A stretch of DNA of 64,000 nucleotides from Candidatus Poribacteria bacterium. GTDB taxonomy: Bacteria > Poribacteria > WGA-4E > WGA-3G. Made by a program: the position numbers and the translations under genes. The notes under the pieces were generated by a model that made no database searches, was not told the origin of the DNA, and saw only the letters and a program-made list of their open reading frames with translations. This document shows, piece after piece, positions 35,869 through 44,311 of this stretch. The stretch's first letter is position 1, and each line of letters starts with the position of its first letter. The stretch is from positions 3,382,444-3,446,443 of the forward strand of contig CBDBPM010000002.1 of NCBI GenBank assembly GCA_965208735.1, written 5' to 3'.

Positions 35869-37824
35869 CTATTCTTTAGTTTCTTCGGTAGTTTCTTCGG
35901 CATCACCTTTCAATTTTTTAAGGCTGCGCCGAACGTTCTGGTTGTACTGGTTATCTGCGAGAAAACCTTCCCAAAGTGCTATCGCATCGTCATTATAGCC
36001 TTGTGAGACGTAGTAATCCCCAAGTGCTACGACGGGAATATCAGAGTTTTGATTTTTCTCAATCGCCGCTTTAAATTCGGCAACAGCGGTTTCGGTATCG
36101 CCGTTAAGTAGTGCCAGTTCACCTCTACCATAAGGGATTAATGCGTGTTCTGGATATTCCGCCGCCAATTCGTCTATCATCTGTTGCGCGTCTTCCGGTT
36201 TCTTGCGTTGATAGGTTGTGCGCGCCGCAAGAATAGTTGCATAGACTATCTGATTGCGAAGTTCCCGCTTTTCAACGTCGCTTTCTGACTTACCAAGCAA
36301 TCGCTTCGCTATCCGGGCAGCGGCTTTATACCTTGCACTGGCTTGGACGTAATTCTCATATTTATAGGTGAGATCACCGAGCGTTTTAGCACCGATGTAC
36401 GAATCACCTTTCTGATCGACGAGGTCTTGAAAGATTGCAGCGGTTTTCCGATCCTTCAACCGGTAATGGAGTACTTCGGCAAGACTTTGCAACGCATCCA
36501 TATTCTGCGTGTTCGCGGCAACGGCACGTTCAAGAACTTCTCGCTCCTTCTCAGGGTCGCCTAATTTTTTGTGTGCCAGCGAGATTAACCAGTATATCTC
36601 GGAATCTTTACTCCGACTCATTCCGATGACAGAATTATAGGTTTCTATCGCTTTTTCGTATGCGTCGGAAGTATAGTGATTTCGACCCGTGTTAACAACA
36701 GCATCAATGACACCACCATCTCGACTTGCGGCTTTTCTGAGCACCTCTTTCGCGCGTTGATGCATCCCGACTTTTCGGTAACAAATTGAGAGTTTGAGGT
36801 AGGTGTAAGGGTCGATTTTCACTTTTTCGGCTTCTGCGCGTGCGATTGCATCGAAGTATAACGCACCCGCATCACGGTAACTTTCATCGCCGTAGAAGAA
36901 GTTGGCAATCATAAGTTCAGCATTGTGGTAACTCCCTTGGTCGTCACCGGCGACACCCCCCTGTCCACCGAAGTTCCGCATCACATCTGCCGCGCTGATC
37001 CCGAATCCAGAATCTTGGATTTCGACGTTGGGATTTCCCATTGCGGGGCTTCTTTCAACGCCACCGCGCGGTCGATCGCGTTCCCGTCGGGCTTCAAACT
37101 GTGCCAAGGCTCTTCCCTGCTGTGTTGCCAATGGATCGTCTGGCTCCGGAATAGTGGCGTTGAAATCTCTCAATTCTTCTTTCGCTTTTTCAACCGAATC
37201 TTCAGCACCTTCAACCTTACCATATCTCTTAACGAGCAATTGGTTCGTACGTTTCGCTTCTTCTTCGTCCTTGAGGAATTCACGTTGGATTCGCGCCTTA
37301 TTTTGAAGAGCCGGTGCGGCGCGTTTGTTTCGCGGGTTACGATTGGCGAAACTATCGAAAGCTTCTATTGCTGATTCGTAGTCTTTCGCCTCCTCATAAC
37401 TCTTCGCCAACATCAGGTGGGCATTATGGCTTAATTCCAACTGCGGAAAGTTGTTAACGATTGCGTCAAATTGCGTTTGTGCTGCTGTAAAATCCTTTTC
37501 TCTAAAATAGTGCATGCCGAGTTGGTAGTGCGCTTCGGCGGTTTCATTGCTTTTCGGTGCAGCGGCAATGACGGCTTCGTAGGCTTTGATGCCTTCTGCT
37601 GGTCGGTTCATCTGCTTAATAAACAGAGTCCCTATAGCAAGCTGCGCTTGAAATGCTACCGGTGTACCGGGTTGGGTATCCACAACGCTTTGATAAGCCT
37701 CAATCGCGCCGTGATAGTCTTTGTTTTCTGCAAGTGTTTCCGCTTTGCTCAATTCGCTTCCGGGTAAGCATCCCATCTGCGGTGCTGCTACTAATATAAT
37801 AGCAATAATTATACAGCATTTCAT
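35869..37824 (-). CDS. large TPR repeat lipoprotein
   Basis: MKCCIIIAIILVAAPQMGC is a lipobox-like signal from ATG 37824. More than 10 TPR units, e.g. AEAHYQLGMHYFREKDFTAAQTQFDAIV. Confidence 0.75.
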   Translation of the reverse strand: MKCCIIIAIILVAAPQMGCLPGSELSKAETLAENKDYHGAIEAYQSVVDTQPGTPVAFQAQLAIGTLFIKQMNRPAEGIKAYEAVIAAAPKSNETAEAHYQLGMHYFREKDFTAAQTQFDAIVNNFPQLELSHNAHLMLAKSYEEAKDYESAIEAFDSFANRNPRNKRAAPALQNKARIQREFLKDEEEAKRTNQLLVKRYGKVEGAEDSVEKAKEELRDFNATIPEPDDPLATQQGRALAQFEARRERDRPRGGVERSPAMGNPNVEIQDSGFGISAADVMRNFGGQGGVAGDDQGSYHNAELMIANFFYGDESYRDAGALYFDAIARAEAEKVKIDPYTYLKLSICYRKVGMHQRAKEVLRKAASRDGGVIDAVVNTGRNHYTSDAYEKAIETYNSVIGMSRSKDSEIYWLISLAHKKLGDPEKEREVLERAVAANTQNMDALQSLAEVLHYRLKDRKTAAIFQDLVDQKGDSYIGAKTLGDLTYKYENYVQASARYKAAARIAKRLLGKSESDVEKRELRNQIVYATILAARTTYQRKKPEDAQQMIDELAAEYPEHALIPYGRGELALLNGDTETAVAEFKAAIEKNQNSDIPVVALGDYYVSQGYNDDAIALWEGFLADNQYNQNVRRSLKKLKGDAEETTEETKE

Positions 37825-37940
37825 GCTTTTAACAGCAGGTTCCCGGAAACCTGTGAGTTGTGCCAAAAATGTCACGGTTTTTCTCCTTTTTAGTATTGGC
37901 TGAGTTCAAGGACAACTACCGGAATGGACATCCGTATGCT

Positions 37941-39077
37941 TTAGTAGCAGGAATTAGACGCGCATTCATCAATGAGTGCTAAGACCTCTTGCCGAGTATA
38001 ACCCTCTTTTTGGATGAGTTCGTCGCAGTCCACCCGATTTTTTGCGTCGGGACCTCTGCCTGCTTCAAGGATCGAATTTGTCAGCCAACTGGTGCGTACG
38101 CCGTTGATACCAGAGGTGTAGTTTGCCTCATAGTCCCCTTTCACCAAACCGACGAGTTGATCAACTTTACTGCGTGGATATCCTTCCGGACGCGGGTAGG
38201 TGAGCGGTTCTGCCTCGCCATCCTTGGGGATGTACCGGATCCCGCCTTTGATTTCAATCGTGCCTTCGTCGCCCTCAAGAATTACCCATTCTTCAAACCC
38301 GACGCGCGTGTTACCGAGGATGGTGATTGTCCCTTCAGCACCGTTATCCAGTGTTACATCAGAGTAGGAATTAATTTCGACGAATTTCGGAACGAGATTT
38401 CCATCATCGTCTTCAAACTTCATGTCGGTTGTGCCGTAGACTGCAGCTGGCAAAGCATTGGTCATCCACAAAAATATATCTTGGAGATGGCTGCCGGAGT
38501 CGTTCGGTTGACCACCACCGGAGAAACGTGGGTTGCCTCGCCATCCACCTGCACCCCATCGCTGTGCCATGTAGACTTCAAATTTCTTTAGGTTTCCGAT
38601 GCGTCCTTCGGCGATTGCGCGCCTACCTGCCATATAGGTATCTTCGTAATGGCGTTGATACCCGCCGACGAGGTGTAACCCGCTGCCCATCGCAATTTTG
38701 GTGATTGAGATTGCGTCGCCGACAATGTTCGCCATCGGTTTTTCGACGATGACATGGCAACCGGCGCGAAGTGCGTATTTTACATGAATATCATGCAGGG
38801 AGTGCGGTGAGAAAACGCCAACGATGTCCAAATCTTCGTGATTGAGCATCTCGATGAATTCATGTTCACCGAGGTAGCGATTGAGACTGTTCGCTTTATA
38901 GCCATCAACGCGTTCTTGGAGTGCATTCTCTAAAGCGTCTAAACTGCTTTCATGTGTATCTGCAGCGGCGACAACTTCAGCATCGGGACGTGTTGCGAAA
39001 CCGAGTGTGTTACCGCGTCCGGCACCGCCGGGTCCAATCACGCCGACTCTTAAAATATCATTCTTGCTGGTTCCCAT
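37941..39077 (-). CDS. Gfo/Idh/MocA family oxidoreductase
   Basis: LRVGVIGPGGAGRGN Rossmann motif and HVIVEKPMA (EKP motif). Confidence 0.85.
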   Translation of the reverse strand: MGTSKNDILRVGVIGPGGAGRGNTLGFATRPDAEVVAAADTHESSLDALENALQERVDGYKANSLNRYLGEHEFIEMLNHEDLDIVGVFSPHSLHDIHVKYALRAGCHVIVEKPMANIVGDAISITKIAMGSGLHLVGGYQRHYEDTYMAGRRAIAEGRIGNLKKFEVYMAQRWGAGGWRGNPRFSGGGQPNDSGSHLQDIFLWMTNALPAAVYGTTDMKFEDDDGNLVPKFVEINSYSDVTLDNGAEGTITILGNTRVGFEEWVILEGDEGTIEIKGGIRYIPKDGEAEPLTYPRPEGYPRSKVDQLVGLVKGDYEANYTSGINGVRTSWLTNSILEAGRGPDAKNRVDCDELIQKEGYTRQEVLALIDECASNSCY

Positions 39078-39145
39078 GATTCTAACATCTCCGAATTGTA
39101 TATGTCAAGAGAAATTTTGTGCTAAAAAAGATACCAATCTTTTGG

Positions 39146-39172
39146 AAAAGATACCAAATGGTATCTTTTTTT
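39146..39172 (-). terminator. bidirectional-looking intrinsic terminator downstream of sdhB
   Basis: AAAAGATACC-AAAT-GGTATCTTTTTTT. The hairpin is flanked by A- and T-runs, about 115 nt after the sdhB stop. Confidence 0.45.
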
Positions 39173-39284
39173 GCTTTTTGGTAATTTTCAAAATATGGTT
39201 GATAACCCAGTCACTGTATGGGTTCATAAGCATTTTTCTTTTCTGTTTCGCTGTAAAAAAATATTACCATGGCAACGGTAACTA

Positions 39285-40025
39285 TCAACGGCTAAAGACG
39301 CGGAAAAGTTTTTTGATCGGATCGTAGAACTCGTCAACCACGCGTTCTTTGAGCGGAATGATGGCGTTATCTGTAATTGTGATATGCTCTGGACATACCT
39401 TCGTGCAGCATTTGGTGATATTACAATATCCGATACCGTCTGAATCCTTCAGTTCTTCCAGGCGATTCTCAGTGTCAATCGGGTGCATTTCCAAAGATGC
39501 AGCATAAACAAAGAATCGCGGTCCGATGAATTCCTCATGGAGATCATGCTCTCGGAGGACGTGGCAGACATCTTGGCAAAGGAAACACTCGATGCATTTC
39601 CGAAACTCTTGGACGTGGTCAATGTCTTCTTGTTCCATCCGCCATGTGCCGTCTTCGGCATCGGGTGGACGCGGCGTGAAGGGTTTCATTTTCTTTTTAA
39701 CTTCAAAGTTCCACGACACATCTGCAACGAGATCTTTGATGATCGGAAATGCGCGCATCGGTTCAACTGTGACGGGTGCGTCGAGCGGTACGGTGTCAAG
39801 ACGCGTCATACACATCAATTTCGGTTGCCCGTTGATTTCGGCGGAACACGACCCACATTTCCCCGCTTTACAGTTCCAGCGAACAGCCATATCGTTTGCC
39901 TGTTCGGCTTGGATACGGTGGACCGCGTCTAAGACCACCATGCCTTCAGAGACTTCGGTATCGTAATCGACAAATTGCGCATCGTCCGAGTTGCCGCGCC
40001 AGATTCTAAAAGTTGCTTTGCTCAT
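39285..40025 (-). CDS. sdhB: succinate dehydrogenase/fumarate reductase iron-sulfur subunit
   Basis: CKAGKCGSCSAEINGQP (2Fe-2S), CIECFLCQDVC and CNITKCCTKVCP (4Fe-4S/3Fe-4S). Confidence 0.9.
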   Translation of the reverse strand: MSKATFRIWRGNSDDAQFVDYDTEVSEGMVVLDAVHRIQAEQANDMAVRWNCKAGKCGSCSAEINGQPKLMCMTRLDTVPLDAPVTVEPMRAFPIIKDLVADVSWNFEVKKKMKPFTPRPPDAEDGTWRMEQEDIDHVQEFRKCIECFLCQDVCHVLREHDLHEEFIGPRFFVYAASLEMHPIDTENRLEELKDSDGIGYCNITKCCTKVCPEHITITDNAIIPLKERVVDEFYDPIKKLFRVFSR

Positions 40026-40179
40026 AATAGTTTGCCTCGCAGTGAGAGTTGTCGGTTATCGGTTACGTCTGCTGTGACGCGAGTATCCGCTGACAATCAT
40101 CAACTACTTTCCCCCATTTTCGGTTTAGGTTATCATCATCAGAAACCTCTTTAACCAACAACTGATAACCGAAAACCAT
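40026..40179. repeat. intergenic palindromic element, copy D (between sdhA and sdhB)
   Basis: GTTTGCCTCGCAGTGAGAGTTGTCGGTTATCGGTT...CCTCTTTAACCAACAACTGATAACCGAAAACCAT. Its 17-mer is identical to that of copy B. Confidence 0.7.
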
Positions 40180-42012
40180 TTATCCCATTTCATCTATAAT
40201 TTCTTGTAGATCAGCTCGGAGTTCGTCAATCGATTCGCGCCGGACTACCATTTCGCCATCATCTGTTTTCTTGATGATTGTATTATATTTGCCTGCACCT
40301 GATTCTTCTTTTTCTGGGAAGTCATCCCGTGAATGCGCGCCGATACTTGCTTTGCGTTCAAGTGCAGCGAGCGCAATCGCTTCGGAAGCCGTGAGCAGAC
40401 AGTCGAGATCCAGAGCCGTATGCCAGCCAGCGTTGTACTCTCGGTTACCGATCGCATGAACGTTCTCCGCTTTTTCACGGAGGTTCTGAATCTCTTCAAT
40501 GGCTTGTGTGAGACTTTCTTGGCTTCGGGCAATACCGACCAGTTCCTGCATCTTTTCTTGGAGTTGTGCTTGGATGTCGTAAGGACCCGTATTGTTGTCG
40601 TTGCCATCCGTTTGTGGGTTCTCAAAGGGTTTTAGTGTATGCGCAGCGATTGTATCAATTTCCGATTCATCAATCGGAACTGCTCCGTTTTCCATCGCAA
40701 ACTGCGCAGCGTATTCTCCTGCACGTTTACCGAAAACGAGCAGATCGGAAAGAGAATTACCACCAAGTCTGTTGGCACCGTGCAAACCGGCAGCGCATTC
40801 GCCTGCAGCGAAAAGTCCGGGAACCGCTGTCATCTGTGAGTCCGCATCAACACGGATACCGCCCATAATATAGTGCGTTGTCGGACCGACCTCCATCGGT
40901 TCTGCTGTGATGTCGATATTAGCAAGTTCTCTGAACTGGTGGTACATGCTCGGCAGCTTCCTGCGGATATGTTCGGCAGCATTCGGAATCTTCTCCTTAA
41001 TCCACGCGATATCCAAGAATACACCGCCGTGTGGGCTGCCTCTGCCTTCTTGGACTTCTCGGACGATACAACGTGCGACGTGATCGCGTGTTAAAAGTTC
41101 AGGCGGACGGCGTGCTTCTCGGTCGCCTTGTGTATACAACCACCCCTCTTCAGGACTATCCGCTGTCTGGTTCACGTAGAGTTCGGGGATGTCGTCGAAC
41201 ATGAAGCGTGTGCCTTCACTGTTTGTGAGGATACCCCCCTCACCGCGGACACCTTCCGTAACCAAGATCCCTCGAACACTGGGGGGCCACACCATACCTG
41301 TCGGATGGAATTGGACGAACTCCATGTCAATGAGTTCCGCCCCAGCGTGGTATGCGAGAGAGTGTCCATCACCGGTGTATTCCCAGCTATTGCTTGTGAC
41401 TTTGTATGCCTTGCCAGCACCGCCAGTTGCCAAGACAACGGCTTTCGCTGTAAAGACTTTGAAGCGTCCTTTTTCACGCTCGTAACCGAAGGCACCGGAT
41501 ATCCTGTCTCCTGTTTTCAGGAGCGAAACGACGGTATTCTCCATGTGCACTTCAATGCCTTGGTGTATACCGTGGTCTTGTAAGGCGCGAATCATTTCTA
41601 ATCCTGTCCGGTCACCGACGTGAGCGAGGCGTGGATATTGGTGTCCACCGAAGTTTCTTTGAAGGATACCTCCCTCTTGTGTTCGGTCAAACAGCGCGCC
41701 CCATGCTTCCAATTCGCGCACGCGATCAGGCGATTCCTGTGCATGAAGTTCTGCCATCCGTGCGTTGGAGAGATACTGCCCACCGCGCATGGTGTCGGCA
41801 AAGTGGACACGCCAACTGTCTCTTTCATCGACATTCGCCAAAGCAGCGGCGACTCCGCCTTCTGCCATGACAGTGTGTGCCTTACCAAGCAAGGATTTAC
41901 ACACGAGTCCTACTTTAAGGTCGCCTACAGCGGCTTCAATGGCAGCGCGAAGTCCAGCACCACCGGCTCCGATTATCAATACATCATATTCATGTGTTTC
42001 GTAAGATGACAC
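40180..42012 (-). CDS. sdhA: succinate dehydrogenase/fumarate reductase flavoprotein subunit
   Basis: YDVLIIGAGGAGLRAA FAD motif and a typical SdhA/FrdA core. GTG 42012 is preceded by AGAGGAAA. The longer ORF-track start would overlap sdhC. Confidence 0.92.
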   Translation of the reverse strand: MSSYETHEYDVLIIGAGGAGLRAAIEAAVGDLKVGLVCKSLLGKAHTVMAEGGVAAALANVDERDSWRVHFADTMRGGQYLSNARMAELHAQESPDRVRELEAWGALFDRTQEGGILQRNFGGHQYPRLAHVGDRTGLEMIRALQDHGIHQGIEVHMENTVVSLLKTGDRISGAFGYEREKGRFKVFTAKAVVLATGGAGKAYKVTSNSWEYTGDGHSLAYHAGAELIDMEFVQFHPTGMVWPPSVRGILVTEGVRGEGGILTNSEGTRFMFDDIPELYVNQTADSPEEGWLYTQGDREARRPPELLTRDHVARCIVREVQEGRGSPHGGVFLDIAWIKEKIPNAAEHIRRKLPSMYHQFRELANIDITAEPMEVGPTTHYIMGGIRVDADSQMTAVPGLFAAGECAAGLHGANRLGGNSLSDLLVFGKRAGEYAAQFAMENGAVPIDESEIDTIAAHTLKPFENPQTDGNDNNTGPYDIQAQLQEKMQELVGIARSQESLTQAIEEIQNLREKAENVHAIGNREYNAGWHTALDLDCLLTASEAIALAALERKASIGAHSRDDFPEKEESGAGKYNTIIKKTDDGEMVVRRESIDELRADLQEIIDEMG

Positions 42013-42050
42013 GTTAATGTTTCCTCTTTCTTCTCTATTATAAACTCTGC

Positions 42051-42866
42051 TTAAAATGTAATCCAGTCTTGACCGAGTGCGGGTGCTATAAAACGGACGT
42101 ATGCATCCGAAAAACCGACCCAACAGAGACTCATCCATGCCCAGAGCATGTGCCGACGGTTTAAACAACTGACACAGTTATAGGCTTGCCGACGCACTGG
42201 TGCTTTGGAGAGTAGATCAACTGCCCCGCCGACTAAGTGACGTAAAGAGTGGCACCCGAACGTATAACCCCCTAAAAGGACGACATTGCCTGCCAAAATG
42301 ATGGTCCCTATACCGATACCAAAGGTTGTCCCACCGTTACCATCATCAAACCAGAGTGCTTTCCATGTATCATAGGCGAGAATACCCACAATAATGATTG
42401 CAACATAAAGGAAATATCTGTGGATGTTTTGTATAATCAACGGGAACGAATTTTCACCCCGATAACCGTTGCGCGGTTCTGACACTGTGCAAGAGGGCGG
42501 ATCCGCCCAAAACGCCTTATAATACGCGCCACGATAGTAGTAGCATGTAAAGCGGAATCCGAGCGGTGCCCATAAAATGAGAACAGCTGGCGTAATGAAA
42601 CTGTTTGTCAACCAGTCTGGCATCATACCGAACCAACTGTGTTCAAGGCTATGTGCATCAGTGCCGAAAAGCAGTGGCGAGTAGAAAGGCGACAGGTATG
42701 GACCGTGGATGAAGTGGTTTCCTTCAAAAACCCGAAAGGTTGCATAAACGATGAATGCACCCAATCCAACAAACACGGCTAAAGGCTGCAACCACCACGT
42801 GTCTTTGCGCTGGGTTTGAAACGGACGTTGTTCCGTTGTTAACGTGAGTTCTGGATGTTGGGTCAT
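42051..42866 (-). CDS. sdhC: membrane anchor subunit of a three-subunit (mycobacterial Sdh1/Rv0249c-like) succinate dehydrogenase
   Basis: 271-aa polytopic membrane protein directly upstream of sdhA. Size and order (anchor - flavoprotein - FeS) match Sdh1-type operons. Confidence 0.55.
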   Translation of the reverse strand: MTQHPELTLTTEQRPFQTQRKDTWWLQPLAVFVGLGAFIVYATFRVFEGNHFIHGPYLSPFYSPLLFGTDAHSLEHSWFGMMPDWLTNSFITPAVLILWAPLGFRFTCYYYRGAYYKAFWADPPSCTVSEPRNGYRGENSFPLIIQNIHRYFLYVAIIIVGILAYDTWKALWFDDGNGGTTFGIGIGTIILAGNVVLLGGYTFGCHSLRHLVGGAVDLLSKAPVRRQAYNCVSCLNRRHMLWAWMSLCWVGFSDAYVRFIAPALGQDWITF

Positions 42867-42982
42867 AGACGATTTTTTCCTTAGTTTTACAAAATAAAAA
42901 ATAAAAATGAGATTGTGGTTAGGACAGGCGATTCAATAACTAACCACTTCTGTTTTTTGTGGATTTTGAATTTAGTCAATAT

Positions 42983-43012
42983 ATTGTATCATGCAATGCA
43001 GTTTTTGTCAAA
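42983..43012 (-). promoter_or_regulatory. sigma70-type promoter candidate for sdhCAB
   Basis: On the minus strand: TTGACA (43012-07), 18 nt spacer, TACAAT (42988-83). About 115 nt upstream of the sdhC start. Confidence 0.45.
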
Positions 43013-43034
43013 TTACGGAGTCGTTCAGTTAGTA

Positions 43035-43379
43035 TTAACGGAGTTCCCACAGCAGTACTGTACCATCACCACTGCCACTGGCAAGTATGCGTCCATCGGG
43101 ACTGAACGCCATACAGGTAATCCGATCCGTATCTTCTGTAAGGAGGTCGGTCTCTTGGAGAGTTGTCGCATCGTAGAGCCAAATGCTGATACGACTCGCT
43201 ACGGCGAGAAGCCTGCCATCAGGAGAATATTGTATGTCGCCTACGCCACCTTTCCCGATTCGCGCGACGGCTCCATCAGGTAGTTCCGACTGTGTATAGT
43301 CTTGCGGAAAGGCATTGGATAAAGATAGAAGTGAAATGAGGATAAGCGTCAGAAAAGTGAGGAATAACCTAATGCTCAT
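43035..43379 (-). CDS. mini WD40 protein (signal peptide plus about two blades), truncated paralog of the large WD40 family
   Basis: Signal peptide, then LPDGAVARIGKGGVGDIQYSPDGRLLAV...FSPDGRILASGSGDGTVLLWEL. Same N-terminal module as the 677-aa paralog. Confidence 0.6.
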   Translation of the reverse strand: MSIRLFLTFLTLILISLLSLSNAFPQDYTQSELPDGAVARIGKGGVGDIQYSPDGRLLAVASRISIWLYDATTLQETDLLTEDTDRITCMAFSPDGRILASGSGDGTVLLWELR

Positions 43380-43490
43380 AACGAAGGCTCTCCTTTAGCG
43401 GAAGCCGATTAGCATTATAGCCTTTTCACACACGCGTATGCGTCAGCACCCTTTTTGTAGGAGCGAGCTGTGCTCGCGATCTGTCCCTTT

Positions 43491-44228
43491 TCACACACGC
43501 GTATGCGTCAGCGGTTCCCAACCGAGCAGGCGTTTCGCTTTTGAGAGGTTAATCTCTTTCTGTTCGTGGTCTCCAGCGATGAAGAAAGCGTCAAAGCCTT
43601 CATGTTCAACCGAAATCGCAGCGAGATAGGCGGTCGCTAAGTCTTCCTCATCCGTCCACCAGATATGCACTGATGAATCTTTCGGTTGATTGTAACGTTC
43701 AAGCCATTGTTCGCGTGTAGAAGGACCTGTAATCCGCAAAGCGATCAGCGACATACCGTGTTCCCGCGCGAAGTATTCGCAGACCTGTTCGCCAAAGCCT
43801 TTGGTTAAGCCATAGACACCCGGATTATCGCGCGGCACGACATCTTCATAAGGGAAATTATTGCGCGTCCGCTCATGCACGGTGAAGGTGCTTGTATAGA
43901 CAGCGTGTCTGATACCGGCTTCCTTCGCGGCGTGTAGCACGATATGCAGCCCTTTTGCGTTCACCTCGTAGTTTGCGACGATGTCGCTGAAATCCGCGAC
44001 AGAGGAACGATCGCTCGTCGGTTGCAGCATGACCATATAAACAAGGGTATCCATTCCTTTCAACGCTTCTTGAACGATATCAGGGTCGGTAACGGATCCT
44101 TGTATATAATCTATAGAGGTATCTTTAGGCGGATTGACATCCAGCACCCGAAAGTTATGATGGCTTTTCATGTAGGGGAGTGTCATGGTTCCGACGTGCC
44201 CCGAACCCCCTATCAGTAGAACGTTCAT
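43491..44228 (-). CDS. NAD(P)-dependent epimerase/dehydratase (SDR family)
   Basis: MNVLLIGGSGHVGT Rossmann motif and YGLTK (YxxxK). Confidence 0.8.
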   Translation of the reverse strand: MNVLLIGGSGHVGTMTLPYMKSHHNFRVLDVNPPKDTSIDYIQGSVTDPDIVQEALKGMDTLVYMVMLQPTSDRSSVADFSDIVANYEVNAKGLHIVLHAAKEAGIRHAVYTSTFTVHERTRNNFPYEDVVPRDNPGVYGLTKGFGEQVCEYFAREHGMSLIALRITGPSTREQWLERYNQPKDSSVHIWWTDEEDLATAYLAAISVEHEGFDAFFIAGDHEQKEINLSKAKRLLGWEPLTHTRV

Positions 44229-44311
44229 ATTTAGCCTCCTGTCTTGTCAGTATCGTGTGACCTAAGTGTTTATCATACCCTTAGCCTTAATATCTGTTGC
44301 GACAAGGCTGT

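Noticed and set aside
40245-42009. Numerous 60-150-aa ORFs on both strands within sdhA, and similarly within smc, rho and the Gfo/Idh/MocA genes.
   Set aside because: They are shadow ORFs fully contained in strongly supported long genes.
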